From: Planctomycetota bacterium
GTDB lineage: Bacteria > Planctomycetota > PLA2 > JAEUHO01
Direction of reading: 5' to 3'
Length of the DNA stretch: 64,000 nt
NCBI GenBank assembly: GCA_020851795.1
Contig: JADZCA010000013.1
Span: 7,428 to 71,427, forward strand
Position 1 is the stretch's first letter, and each line of letters opens with the position of its first letter. The notes under the pieces are model-generated. The model made no database searches and had not been told where the DNA came from. It was given only the letters and a program-made list of their open reading frames with translations. Shown piece by piece: positions 20,977 to 31,500 of the stretch. The position numbers were made by a program, and so were the translations under genes.

Positions 20977-21027
20977 ACGGGCGCCGCCCCCGCAGGCTCC
21001 CCCGCGACGTCGGGTAGCCTCGCCGCG

Positions 21028-21765
21028 ATGAGAGTCCTCGTGGCGATCGTCTCGACGGCGATGCTGTCGCTCACCGCGTGCGGCGACCGGGTGCGCCGCG
21101 ACGCGGGGCCCGTGGCGACACCCACCGCCCCCGCGGCCGCCCCGTCGACGCCCTCGCCGTCCCCCGCGAGCGACGCGAGCCCGTCGCCGACCCCGCCCGC
21201 CGCCGGAGCCCCGATGTCCACGCCCAAGCCCACCGACCCCGCCGCCGCGCCTGCCCGCCGCGAGGTGGCCACGTTCGGCGCCGGGTGCTTCTGGTGCGTC
21301 GAGGCCGTGCTCGAGCAGGTGCCGGGCGTCCTCGACGTGCAGTCGGGCTTCATGGGCGGGACCGTCAAGAACCCGACCTACGAGGACGTCTGCTCCGGCG
21401 AGACCGGCCACGCCGAGGTGGTGCAGGTCACGTTCGACCCGAGCCAGGTGACGTACGAGACGTTGCTCGACTGGTTCTGGCGCCTGCACGACCCGACCAC
21501 GCTCAACCGCCAGGGCGCGGACGTGGGGACCCAGTACCGCTCGGCGATCTTCTGGCACTCCGAGGCGCAGCGCGACGAGGCCGAGCGCTCCAAGCGCGAC
21601 GCCCAGGAGGCGTTCGCCTCGCCCATCGTGACCGAGATCACGAAGGCCGGCGCCTTCTACGGCGCCGAGGAGTACCACCAGGACTACTACCGCGCCAACC
21701 GCGCCGCGGGCTACTGCCGCGTCGTGATCGCCCCGAAGCTCGAGAAGCTGCGCCTGAAGAAGTGA
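21028..21765 (+). CDS. msrA: peptide methionine sulfoxide reductase MsrA (lipoprotein form)
   Basis: GCFWC active-site motif. N-terminal signal peptide with LTAC lipobox and a Pro/Ser-rich linker. Confidence 0.85.
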   Translation: MRVLVAIVSTAMLSLTACGDRVRRDAGPVATPTAPAAAPSTPSPSPASDASPSPTPPAAGAPMSTPKPTDPAAAPARREVATFGAGCFWCVEAVLEQVPGVLDVQSGFMGGTVKNPTYEDVCSGETGHAEVVQVTFDPSQVTYETLLDWFWRLHDPTTLNRQGADVGTQYRSAIFWHSEAQRDEAERSKRDAQEAFASPIVTEITKAGAFYGAEEYHQDYYRANRAAGYCRVVIAPKLEKLRLKK

Positions 21766-21834
21766 GACGGCGAGCGGGCCCGACGAAGCCACGAAAGCCG
21801 TCGGGCTGCGCCGCGCCGTGGCATCCTCGACGCG

Positions 21835-24237
21835 ATGCGCTTCCGTCGCCTCCCTGCGCCGCTCGTCCTCGCGGCCCTCGTCCCCGTCGCCACGGGGCTC
21901 GCGTCGTCGCACCCGGCCGCCGGCGAGGACGCGGAGCGCCCGCTGCTGCTCCGGATCGCGGACGCCGCCGACCCCGGCCGCGACGCCGCCCTCGCGGCGT
22001 GGAAGGCGCTGACCGAGATCGAGCGCACCGAGCGCCTGCTCGCCGGGCTCGCGTCCGACGACCCCGCGCTCGCGCTGGCGAGCGCCACCGTCGTCTCGCC
22101 GTGGCGCCTCGACCTCGACGGCTTCGCGCGGCGGGCGAAGGCGCTGCGACGCGACCCGCTCGCCGCCTTCGCGGTGCCCGAGCCGCTGCGCGACCTCGTC
22201 GAGTTCCCGCCGCCCGCGTTCGGCGCGGAGGAGCTCGCGCCGATCTGGGCCGCGCTCGCGACCGCACCGGAGTGGCCGACCAGCGTGGACGCGAGCGGGC
22301 TCCACCGCGCGCTGCTGCCCGCGGTCGTGCCGACGCTGGTCCCGCTGCTCGCCACCGCGTCGCGGCCGACCTTCCTCGCGCTGCTCGACGACCTGCGCAA
22401 CGAGGCCGAGACCGAGGCGGGCGACGAGCGCCACGACGACTACGTCCGCGCGTTCCGCTACGCGCTCGCGCGGCTGACCGCCGAGGCCGCGGGGAAGCCG
22501 GCGCCGGGCTTCGGCGACGTCGCGCCGCTGCGCGCCAAGCCCGGGCTCCCCGCCGAGCTCGTCGAGCTCGCCCGCGCGTGCTGGGGACCCGCGGGGCGCG
22601 GGTTCGACCTCGCCAAGGCGCCCCCGCGCGCCGAGCCGGGCCGCGGGGGCGCGGCGCCGACGCCGCCCGCGCCGGCGTCCGCGGGACCTTCGGCGTCGGG
22701 CCCGGTGCGGTGGCTGCTGCGGTGGGCGCTGAGGACGTCGCCGACCGCGGACGACGTCGCGTTCCTCCTCGAGACGGTGCAGGGCGAGCGCACGCCCTCG
22801 CCGCTGCGCTGGTGGGCGGCGCGGCGCCTGGCGGCGATCCCGGGGCGCGCCACCGGCATCCCGCTCGCCAAGGTGCTCGACGTCGGCGACGACGCGTCGC
22901 TCGTCGCCGCCGCCGAGCAGGCGTCGCACGGCGACCGCGCGGCGTGGGACCGCCTCGCGCGCGCCGACGGGGGCGCCGGCGCCAAGCGTCGCGCCGGGGT
23001 GGCGCCGTGGGCGCGCTGGCTCGCCGACCCCGCCGCCGCACGCGACGCGGCGGTGCGGGCGCTCGCCCACGGCGACGCACCCGCCGAGCTGGCCGAGGCC
23101 GAGCGGTGGTACGTCGCCTACGACGTCGGCGTGGCCGTCCGCGACGAGGACCTCGTCGCGATCGACGCCGCGGTGCGCAAGGGCACGATGCCCGTCGCCG
23201 CGGAGGCGTGGTGGTACGCGCGGGCGTGGCCCGACGGCCTGACCCCCGCCGTCGCCACGGCGCTCGCGGGCCGATGGGCGGGGCGCGCCGCGCAGGTGCA
23301 GGTCGTCAGCGACGACCTGACGCGGGCGTTCGCGCTCGTCGAGGCTGCGGCCCCCGAGGCGGCGCTCGCGCTCGCGCGGCGCTGGGCCGCCGAGACGAAG
23401 GACGACGACGTGCGCTCGGCCGTGACCGGCTGGCGGGTCCGGCTCGGCGACGTCGAAGCGGTGGACGCCGCGCTCGCCGCGTGGACCGACGCGGGCTTCC
23501 CGGAGGCCGACCTCGTGAGCCGCCTCGGCGACCCGCGGGTCGAGGCGTTCCTGCGCGAGCAGGCCGCGTCGAGCGACGTCGAGGTCGAGTCGCGTGCGGT
23601 GGCGGCGCTCGCCGCGTTCTACGGCCTCCCCGAGGGCGCGACCGGCCTCTTCGGCCCGTTCTCGCGTCGTGAGGACGACCTCGCGGCCGACGGATGGGCG
23701 GAGGCGAAGGCGCTGGTGCTCGGCAAGGACCCGGTCGCCGCCGCGCTCGTGAGGACGGCGAAGGGGCCCAACGTGGGGCAGGGGGACCTCGCGTGGACCG
23801 CCGGGCTCGCGCTCGCGAAGGACCCGCGCGTCGCCGAGCGGATGCGCGCGTGGCGCGACGACCGCGCGAGCGGGCTCTGGGCCGTCGCGACCGCGTGCCT
23901 CGCGCTCCAGGGCGACGCCGAGGCGAAGGCGACGTGGCGCGCCTTCCTCGGACAGGCGCGGACGTTCCTCCTCGACGACGTGCAGGAGCCGACGCTGTTC
24001 ACGCTCGACGGCGACCCCGACCTCGTGGCGGACTGGGTGGGCCGGCTCGACGCGAACTGCTGCCTCGGCTGGCACGCGGGCGAGGTGCTGCGTGCGACGT
24101 TCCCGACGCTCCCGGCCGAGCAGGCCGCGGGCGACGCGGGGCGCGCGCGCCGTCTCGCCGACCGGTGGTTCGCGCGCCACCGCGGGTCCTTCGTCCGCAG
24201 CCGGGTGCTCGGCGGGTGGGTCCCCGTGGCGAAGTGA
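21835..24237 (+). CDS. hypothetical secreted protein, 800 aa, Ala/Leu-rich helical repeats
   Basis: Signal peptide MRFRRLPAPLVLAALVPVATGLA. Coherent composition across the whole ORF. No catalytic motif seen. Confidence 0.5.
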   Translation: MRFRRLPAPLVLAALVPVATGLASSHPAAGEDAERPLLLRIADAADPGRDAALAAWKALTEIERTERLLAGLASDDPALALASATVVSPWRLDLDGFARRAKALRRDPLAAFAVPEPLRDLVEFPPPAFGAEELAPIWAALATAPEWPTSVDASGLHRALLPAVVPTLVPLLATASRPTFLALLDDLRNEAETEAGDERHDDYVRAFRYALARLTAEAAGKPAPGFGDVAPLRAKPGLPAELVELARACWGPAGRGFDLAKAPPRAEPGRGGAAPTPPAPASAGPSASGPVRWLLRWALRTSPTADDVAFLLETVQGERTPSPLRWWAARRLAAIPGRATGIPLAKVLDVGDDASLVAAAEQASHGDRAAWDRLARADGGAGAKRRAGVAPWARWLADPAAARDAAVRALAHGDAPAELAEAERWYVAYDVGVAVRDEDLVAIDAAVRKGTMPVAAEAWWYARAWPDGLTPAVATALAGRWAGRAAQVQVVSDDLTRAFALVEAAAPEAALALARRWAAETKDDDVRSAVTGWRVRLGDVEAVDAALAAWTDAGFPEADLVSRLGDPRVEAFLREQAASSDVEVESRAVAALAAFYGLPEGATGLFGPFSRREDDLAADGWAEAKALVLGKDPVAAALVRTAKGPNVGQGDLAWTAGLALAKDPRVAERMRAWRDDRASGLWAVATACLALQGDAEAKATWRAFLGQARTFLLDDVQEPTLFTLDGDPDLVADWVGRLDANCCLGWHAGEVLRATFPTLPAEQAAGDAGRARRLADRWFARHRGSFVRSRVLGGWVPVAK

Positions 24238-24278
24238 CAAAGCGCGCGTCGTCGGCGCGGCGGGACTACGCTGCTCGG

Positions 24279-25586
24279 ATGCGCCGCGTGCTCGCGCTCG
24301 CCGTCTCGCTGTCGGTGGCCGCAGGCGTCGTCGTTCCGCGTCCGGCCGCCGCGGGCCCCGAGTCGAAGTACGTCGAGGAGGACGACGACGCCAAGGCCGA
24401 GCCGATGCTGGCCGCGCTCCTGAGCAAGGCCACGACGCCCAAGGCCGCGCTCGACCTCGCCAAGGCCCTGCGCGGGCGCAAGGCCCGTGGCGACCGCAAG
24501 AAGGACCGCGAGACGCTCGACGTCGTCGGCCCCGACGGCAAGACGCGGCCGCTCACGTGGATCCTCCCGACGAAGTACGCCGCCGGCAAGCCCGCCGGGG
24601 TGATGGTGTGGCTGCACGGCGCGGTGCGCCAGCCGGCGCCGGGCGGCGGCGCCGGCGAGGCCGCGATGTTCCGCCCGGTCGTGGACGATCTCGGGATGAT
24701 CGTCGTGGGCCCGTCCACCTACGACGGCGTCGAGTGGGGGCACCCCGCGTGCCGCGCGCTGGTGCAGCACGCGCTGCGGCTGGTCAAGACGTCGTTCTCG
24801 GTGGACGAGGACCGCGTCTACGTGTGCGGCGACAGCGACGGCGGCCGGGGCACCTACGCGACGCTCGAGACGGCGGCGACCTTCGTCGCGGCGGCGGTCC
24901 CGGTGATCGGCGCGCCCGGCCCGGTCACCCGTTACGTCAACCTGCGCAACGTGCCTTGGTTCGCGATCAACGGCGACCAGGACTCCATCTTCGAGATCGG
25001 GCGGGTGCGCGAGCAGGTCGAGGCGATGAAGGCGGCGGGCTTCGACCTGCAGTGGAAGGTCGTCGAGGGCGGCGGGCACGACCCGCGCTTCTTCCTCCGC
25101 TTCGCCGACGAGGTGAGGACCTTCCTCAAGGCCCACGTTCGCGACCCCCTGCCCAAGCGCGTCGAGGTCTGCGTGGACCCGTCGGCGGGGGAGGGCGCGA
25201 CGGCGTTCCCGGCGAACACGATGCGCTGGCTGCGGCTCGAGGAGGCGGGGGCGTCGGAGCGCAACGCGACCTTCGACGACGCGGGGGCGGTGCGGTCGGG
25301 CCTCCCTCGCGCCGAGGCGACGCGCGACGGAAACCGGATCGTCGTGCGCACGAACGGCGTGCAGCGCGTGACGGTGCTGCTCTCCGAGGCGATGGTGGAC
25401 CTCGGCAAGGAGGTCACGGTCGTCGTCAACGACGTGGTGCTCCACCGGGGCAAGGTCGAGCCCGACGCGCGGGTGGTGCTCGAGGAGGGGCGGCGGTTCC
25501 TCGACCGCCGCCTCGTCTTCGTCGCGCGCCTCACGCTCGACGTGGACGCGCCCCCCGTCGGCGACGCGCCGCCCGCGGGGAAGTGA
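24279..25586 (+). CDS. alpha/beta-hydrolase fold esterase/peptidase, secreted
   Basis: Signal peptide. GDSDGG nucleophile-elbow-like motif, HGAV, and a C-terminal His region. ATG at 24279 in the ORF 23694 frame. Confidence 0.6.
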   Translation: MRRVLALAVSLSVAAGVVVPRPAAAGPESKYVEEDDDAKAEPMLAALLSKATTPKAALDLAKALRGRKARGDRKKDRETLDVVGPDGKTRPLTWILPTKYAAGKPAGVMVWLHGAVRQPAPGGGAGEAAMFRPVVDDLGMIVVGPSTYDGVEWGHPACRALVQHALRLVKTSFSVDEDRVYVCGDSDGGRGTYATLETAATFVAAAVPVIGAPGPVTRYVNLRNVPWFAINGDQDSIFEIGRVREQVEAMKAAGFDLQWKVVEGGGHDPRFFLRFADEVRTFLKAHVRDPLPKRVEVCVDPSAGEGATAFPANTMRWLRLEEAGASERNATFDDAGAVRSGLPRAEATRDGNRIVVRTNGVQRVTVLLSEAMVDLGKEVTVVVNDVVLHRGKVEPDARVVLEEGRRFLDRRLVFVARLTLDVDAPPVGDAPPAGK

Positions 25587-25591
25587 CTCGC

Positions 25592-25722
25592 CCGCCCGGC
25601 GAATTCACGAGTCCACGAGGTCGGGGCGGCGGCTTGCGCCCGGGCCGAATCGGCGAGCCCCGACGAGGGCGTCACGTGCATTCGGCGCTCGACAGGCCTC
25701 GTCTTCCGTGAGCTCGGCACGC
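25592..25722. repeat. MITE/REP-like intergenic repeat, copy C (inverted orientation, both terminal inverted repeats present)
   Basis: cggcgaattcacgag ... ctcgtcttccgtgagctcggcacg. The internal core is the reverse complement of copies A and B. Confidence 0.5.
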
Positions 25723-25776
25723 GAGGACTCCCTCGCGGGAACGGGCCCCTCGGCGGCTCGCCACCGAGACGGGCTC

Positions 25777-27216
25777 CTACGTCCCCTCGGCCTTCGTCCA
25801 GCCGGGCTGGTTGTCGAAGCCGGGGTCGCTCGACCACTCGCCCCGCTCGGCGTTGAAGAACACGGGCGAGCCTGACGGTGCGTACGCCTCCTCTCCGTTG
25901 GGGCCCTTGACCGTGCGGTAGGGCATCAGCAGCGGGGCGAAGTCGGCGTGGATCTGCGCGGCCGTCTTCGCGCGCGAGAGCGCGATGTCGGCGTCGATCT
26001 TCGCGACGAGGTCGTCCACGATCGCGATCCCGCGGGCGTTCTCGTGCACGAGCCGGAGGTAGAGCAGCGACCACAGGCCCTGGAATCGGATCGAGAAGAC
26101 GCACCCCAGCAGCGGCGGGAGGTAGGCGTCGTAGCGGTCCGCCGGGGCCGCGATGCTCCAAGCGGCCCGTGGCCACCACATCGTCGTCCCGGGCATGTCG
26201 AAGTAGGTCAGCGCGACGAAGAACGTCTCGCGGTACGCCACGCCGTTCCAGCGGTACTCGACCGTCGTCGCGCCCGCGCGCACGGTGGACGTGACGCCGG
26301 TGACGCCGACGAACGCGTTGAGGCGCGCCGCCTCGTCCTGGTAGAGGCGCGCGAGGTCGGGGGAGGCCTTCGCGGCCACCACTCGCGCGCCCTCGACGTG
26401 CGGCGCGCGCAGGGTCGGGAAGAGGCGCTGCTCGACGTACTGCCGCGGGTCGAGCGGCGGCCACGCGGTGGTCCCGGCGTAGGTGCTGCCGGGCGGGAAC
26501 ATGGGGGCGGCGGGCATCCGGCTCGTGTCGGTGTAGCGCTCCTCCGGGAACACCTCGATCCACGCCGAGCGGTCGGGCGCGACGACGCGGAACGCCACCA
26601 CGGCGGGCGAGGCGAGGTCGCTGCGGTCGATCGTCCGCGGGTCCTTCCCCGCGATCTTCCACCGGATGCCTCCCTCGACCGGCCAGCCGCTCGGGACCGC
26701 CATGCGCAGCACGTCGAGCACCGCGCCGTTGCGCGGGTCGCGCAGCCCCTGCGGGTCCTGCAGCCGCCACGTCCGGAACACGGTCGGCACGCCGGGCGCC
26801 CGCGCGGCAGGCGCCCCGCCCGGGGCGAGCTTCCCGCCCGGCGAGGTCGTCGAGGGTGGGGGCGCCGGACGGTCGGCGTCCGCGTCGCGTGCGAGCCACA
26901 GCCCCTTGCCGTCCTCGTCGGTCAGCTCGAGGCGGTCGTCGGCGGGCATCGCCCACCGCACGCGCTCGACGGCCTCGCCGCGGGGCTCCGCGACGATCAC
27001 GCTGCCCTCGACGCGGTAGGTGCCCTCGGTCGTCGTCGTGCCTCGGGGCGTCCGCACGGTCCACGCGTAGGTGCCGTCGCCGCGCAGCACGAGCCGCACC
27101 TCGCCGGTCGCGTCCCTGGCGAGCCACGTCCCCGGGAGGCGGTCGGGCCCGGCGCGCGCGACTCCCGCGAAGGCGACGACGAGGAGCGCCACGGCCACGA
27201 TCGCGCGGGTACGCAT
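25777..27216 (-). CDS. hypothetical secreted protein
   Basis: Signal peptide MRTRAIVAVALLVVAFAGVARA. 479 aa. Last gene of the long minus-strand cluster. Confidence 0.5.
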   Translation of the reverse strand: MRTRAIVAVALLVVAFAGVARAGPDRLPGTWLARDATGEVRLVLRGDGTYAWTVRTPRGTTTTEGTYRVEGSVIVAEPRGEAVERVRWAMPADDRLELTDEDGKGLWLARDADADRPAPPPSTTSPGGKLAPGGAPAARAPGVPTVFRTWRLQDPQGLRDPRNGAVLDVLRMAVPSGWPVEGGIRWKIAGKDPRTIDRSDLASPAVVAFRVVAPDRSAWIEVFPEERYTDTSRMPAAPMFPPGSTYAGTTAWPPLDPRQYVEQRLFPTLRAPHVEGARVVAAKASPDLARLYQDEAARLNAFVGVTGVTSTVRAGATTVEYRWNGVAYRETFFVALTYFDMPGTTMWWPRAAWSIAAPADRYDAYLPPLLGCVFSIRFQGLWSLLYLRLVHENARGIAIVDDLVAKIDADIALSRAKTAAQIHADFAPLLMPYRTVKGPNGEEAYAPSGSPVFFNAERGEWSSDPGFDNQPGWTKAEGT

Positions 27217-27299
27217 CGCAGATCCTCCCCGGGGCCCTCATTCTCCCGCGCGCGGGCCGCCCGATCCCACGACGCACGACTGCGCCGGAGGGGGCCCCG

Positions 27300-27326
27300 G
27301 ACGGCGGCGTGCCCTGCGCCGCCGTC
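27300..27326 (-). terminator. hairpin overlapping the stop of the upstream gene
   Basis: gacggcggcg / tgccctg / cgccgccgtc: 10-bp perfect stem. Confidence 0.3.
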
Positions 27327-28506
27327 ACTTCACGTCGCTGCGCTCGGTCGCCTTCGCCTGCGAGTACTCGTCGTCGGAGATCGGGACCACCGAGACGTCG
27401 TCGAACGCGTAGCGGCCCCGCGGCCAGTAGCCGTACAGCATCACGCGCATCCGCGCGACGGCCGGCGTGTTCTTGGTCGGGTGGAACACCATCGTGTGCG
27501 TCTTCCAGCCGGGCGAGCCCATGCGCAGCGTGACCAGCGCGTCGTAGAGCCGGCGCTCCTCGGGGCCCGCCGTGTTCTCGAGCGCCCCGTAGCCGCGCAC
27601 CCACACCTTCGCCGTCCCCTGCGGCAGGTCCGTGCGGAACGCGAGCCGAAGCCGGTAGGGCCTCCCGGGCTCGACCGCCATCGCCTCGGAGTACACCGAC
27701 ACGCCGTGGTTGCCGCCGACGGTGGCGTACTGGTCCTTCTCGGGCACGGGGGTCTTGGGCCACGGCGGGAGGTCCGGGTCCTTCGCCATCTCCTCCTGCC
27801 GTCGCTTCCACTCGTGCTCGTACACGTCGGTGTCGAGAGCGACGACGTGCCCGTGGCGCGCGGGGTCCACCGCGTCGAGGACCCAGAAGGACGTGAGCCC
27901 GTCCATGCGGTCCCAGCCGATCGGGGTCGCCTTGCCGGTGAGCGCCTCCTCGAAGGAGCCGTTGCGGACGAGCTCGCCGGCCGTCGCGGGCGCGCTCGCT
28001 CCGAGCGCCGCGGTGGCCGCCTGGAACGCCGCGACCCGCGGGGCGACGTCGGCGGGGGACGCGCCTGCGGCGAGACGCCGGTCGGGCGCGGTCAGTCGGT
28101 CGAGCGCCCAGCGCAGGAGCGCGGGCGAGCGGAACGTGTACGCGCGGCCCCCTCGTTCCGGGGCGCGGAACCCGTGCTCGGTGACGACGACGACGAGGTT
28201 CGCGTCGTTCCCCCGCACGACCGTGAGGCGTCCGAGCTCGGGTGCCGGCGACGGCAGGAGGAGGACGAGCGCCGCGGGCGCGGCCGCGAGGTGGTCGAGC
28301 GCGATCGAGATCTCGGCGTCGCGCTCCACGCGGACGCACGGCACGGGCTCGCCGTCGGGCCGGTCGGGGAGCGCGAGGACGATGCCGTCCGGCGCTGCCC
28401 GTCGCGCGGAGGCCACGCGCTCGGGCCACGTGGGCCACTCCTCGCCGCGGGCCGACGCCGCGGCGAGCAGGAGCAGCGTGAGGACGAGGGGTGCCACGGG
28501 CTTCAT
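27325..28506 (-). CDS. hypothetical secreted protein
   Basis: Signal peptide MKPVAPLVLTLLLLAAASARG. The start lies 1 nt from the upstream gene's stop. Confidence 0.5.
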   Translation of the reverse strand: MKPVAPLVLTLLLLAAASARGEEWPTWPERVASARRAAPDGIVLALPDRPDGEPVPCVRVERDAEISIALDHLAAAPAALVLLLPSPAPELGRLTVVRGNDANLVVVVTEHGFRAPERGGRAYTFRSPALLRWALDRLTAPDRRLAAGASPADVAPRVAAFQAATAALGASAPATAGELVRNGSFEEALTGKATPIGWDRMDGLTSFWVLDAVDPARHGHVVALDTDVYEHEWKRRQEEMAKDPDLPPWPKTPVPEKDQYATVGGNHGVSVYSEAMAVEPGRPYRLRLAFRTDLPQGTAKVWVRGYGALENTAGPEERRLYDALVTLRMGSPGWKTHTMVFHPTKNTPAVARMRVMLYGYWPRGRYAFDDVSVVPISDDEYSQAKATERSDVK

Positions 28507-28507
28507 G

Positions 28508-31500
28508 TCACTTCCCCGGGGCGGGCCCCGCGCCGCGCGAGAGCGCCTCGTAGAACGCCTTGACCACCGCCTCGAGGCCCGGCGGCACGGGTTCGCGCAG
28601 CCCGGAGAACAGCTCGCGACGCACCTCGGGCGACAACGCTGCCCCCTGCGCGCGCAGCGTGTCGGCCTCGGCCACGAGGGCGCGGCGGGCGAGCTCGAGC
28701 GCGGACTTCACGTCGGCGTGCGCCTGGCGGAGGTCGAAGCCGCGGCCGGCGGCGATGTTCTCCTCGATGCGCTTCATGCGCGCGATCGCGTCGTCCACGT
28801 CGCCCGCGGGCAGGTGCAGCGCGCGCAGCCAGCGCTGCAGGCGCTCGGCCTGCTGGCGCAGCTCGCCCTGGTTGCCGCGGAGCCGCTCGAGCTTGGCCTG
28901 CACCGGCGGCGGGGGCGTCCCGCGCAGGCCCGTGTCGCCCTGGCCCGCGACCTTGCCGCCGCCGGTGGCGCCGCCCCGCGGGTCCTTCGACGAGTCCTTG
29001 ACCGACCCCGCCTCGAACGGCGACTCGGTCTTGCGCGTCGGGGTCTCGCGGCCGCCCTTGCCCTCGGCGGTCTCCTCGACCATCTGCCCGTGGCTCTTGC
29101 CGCTGCGGCCCTCGCCCGAGCGGCCGCCGATCTCGTTCTGGTTGGGCAGCCGGTTGCCCGTGATGCCGCGCGCGCTCATGTTCGAGATCGGCCCGTCCGT
29201 CGCGTCCCACCCCGCGCCCTTGTCGAGCGAGTCCATCCAGGACGACGAGACGTCCTCGACGTCCTCGTCCATCTGCGCCTCGTCGTCGAGCAGGTCGCCC
29301 ACGATGTCCTCGAGCTCGTCGGGGAGGTCGGCGAGCGGGACGTCGTACTCCTGCGGCGGCTCCTCCATGACCCACTTCTCGCGGTCGGGGGTGTCGGGGA
29401 TCCAACGCTCGAGGTTGGTCTCGAGCCGCTCGGCCAGCTCGAGGCCCGACTGCTCGGCGGGCACCGCGAGCTCGACCTTGCGGTCCGAGAGCGCCTCGGC
29501 GGCGCGCTGCACCTCCATGTAGACCTGATTGAGCTCCTTCAGCAACGACCCGTCCGCGAAGTCCTGCGACGGCACCTTCGAGAGGTCGGTGAAGGCCTCC
29601 TCGAACAGCTTGGCCCACGCGGCTTCCTGCGCGGCGAGGCTCCCGAGCAGCGCCTCGTCGCCCTGCGTCAGGTCCTCGCTCGCGCGCTTCTCGACGTCCT
29701 TGGTGGCGTCGAGGACCTTGCGCTGCTCCGAGACGAACCGCGCGAGGTCCTGCGCGAGCTGCGAGAGGCGGTCGGCGGGGGAGCGCGGCGCCTCGGCGAC
29801 CGGCTTGGGCGCGCCCTCGGGCGGGGCCTTCGCCGCGAGCTCGCCGAGGAGCGCGAGCAGCCGCGCGACGAGCCGGTCGTCGGCGTCGCGCGCACGCGCG
29901 AGCGCACCCCGCGCGTCGCCGGGGCGCCTCGTCTCGGCCATCGCGGCGCGCGCGGTCGCGAGCTCCTCCTCCCGCGCGGCCGCGAGCGTCGCCGCGGCCT
30001 TCGCGCCGGTGGGCTCGGCGCGGAACAGCGCCTCGACCTCGGCGAAGCGCGCCGGGAGCGCCTCGTGGCCCGCCCGGGCCTCCTCGGCGCGGCGGGCGAG
30101 CCGACCCTCGCGCTCGTGCTCGGCGTAGAGGTCGAGCAGCGTCCCGACCCGCGCGCGCTCGGCCCGCACGGCCTCCACGAGGGCGCGCAGGCGTTCGAAG
30201 GCCCGCGCGAGCGGGGACCCTTCCGGCGCGCGCAGGTCCTGGGGGCCGCGCACGCGCACGAGCACCGGGGCCGACCGCGCCCGGCTCGTGCGCGCGGGCG
30301 CGCGGTCGTCGGCCTCGGCCACGAAGCGGTACGTGCGGCCCGGCTCGAACCCGCCGGGGTCGAGCACCACCGACGGGCGCTCGCGCGCCGCGGCGGGGCC
30401 CGGCGCGGGGAAGGGGACCTGCCATAGCGTCACCTCCTTCGCCTCGCCCTCGACCGACCCGACGAGGCGCAGCGCCGCGAGCCCGACGTCGTCCTCGGCG
30501 CGCACGGCGAAGTCCACGCGCTCGCCCGGGTCCACGACGAGGCTTTGCGCCGACGCCTCGAGGCGGACCGCGGGCAGCGCGTCCTCGACGGCAGCCCAGG
30601 TCGTCACCGGCACGTCGGCCGCCTCCACGCCGTCCTCGCCGAGCAGGCGCGCCGTCACCGGACCGCCGCGCTCGACGCGGACCGAGGTCGCGAAGCGCCC
30701 GTCGGCGAGGCGCTCCGCCGCCTGCGGGCTCGCGCCCGGGAACGTCACCTTCCCCTCGCGGCACGGGCGCGTGGTCGAGAGGACGAGCGTCGCCTCCGTG
30801 CCGACGAGCGCGGCCACGCCCGCGGGGCCCACGGGGAGCTCCTCGGGCGCGCGTCCGGTGTAGGCGGGCGGGACGAGCCGGACCGCGACGGCCGCGATCG
30901 CCGGCCGGTGCATCACCTCGATGCGGTACCACGGGCTCGCGGCCGCGCCGGCGAGGACACGGTAGCGCAGGGCCACCGCCTCCACGTCCACGCGCGCCTC
31001 GAAGCGGCGCTCCGTGGACAGCGTGCCGCGCGCCGACATCGGGGTGCGCTGCGCCGTGCGGCCGTCCACCTCGACCTCGACGTCGGCGTCGCTGGGGAGC
31101 CTCGCGGCGAGCTCGGCCCGCACGCGCGCCCGCACGTCGACCGACGAGCCCGTCGGCACGCGCGTCGCGCCGGGGCTCACCTCGACGACCAGCCCGCCCG
31201 GCGCGGGCGCGGCCTCGAACGGCCGCAGGAACCGCACGACCGCCGCGCCCGACGCGCCGGGCCACAGCAGCGCGCCCAGCGCCGCGACCGCACCCGCCGC
31301 GGCCAGCACCGTCGCGGCGCGCGCGATGCGCGGCCCCTCGCCGGCCGACCGCGCGTCCACCCGCACCGCCACGTGGCCGGCCTCGGCGACGACCCGCTCG
31401 GCGAGCGAGGGCGCGACGCCGGCGCGGCCCTCGCGCGCGTCGGCGTCGAGCAGCACCGCGTCGATGAGCGGGTTGCCCGGCAGCGCGCAGCGCGTCTCGA

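Noticed and set aside
24060-24080. Sigma-54-like TGGCAC elements (also at 20280 and 61585)
   Set aside because: None has the required GG-N10-GC spacing with a TTGC(A/T) -12 element, so I cannot assign targets for the NtrC-type regulator.
20899-24240. Remaining ~1100 codons of minus-strand ORF 20299..24240
   Set aside because: Arg/Gly/Pro-dominated composition, and antisense to well-supported msrA and other plus-strand genes. Only the C-terminal DinB-like 199 aa are coherent.
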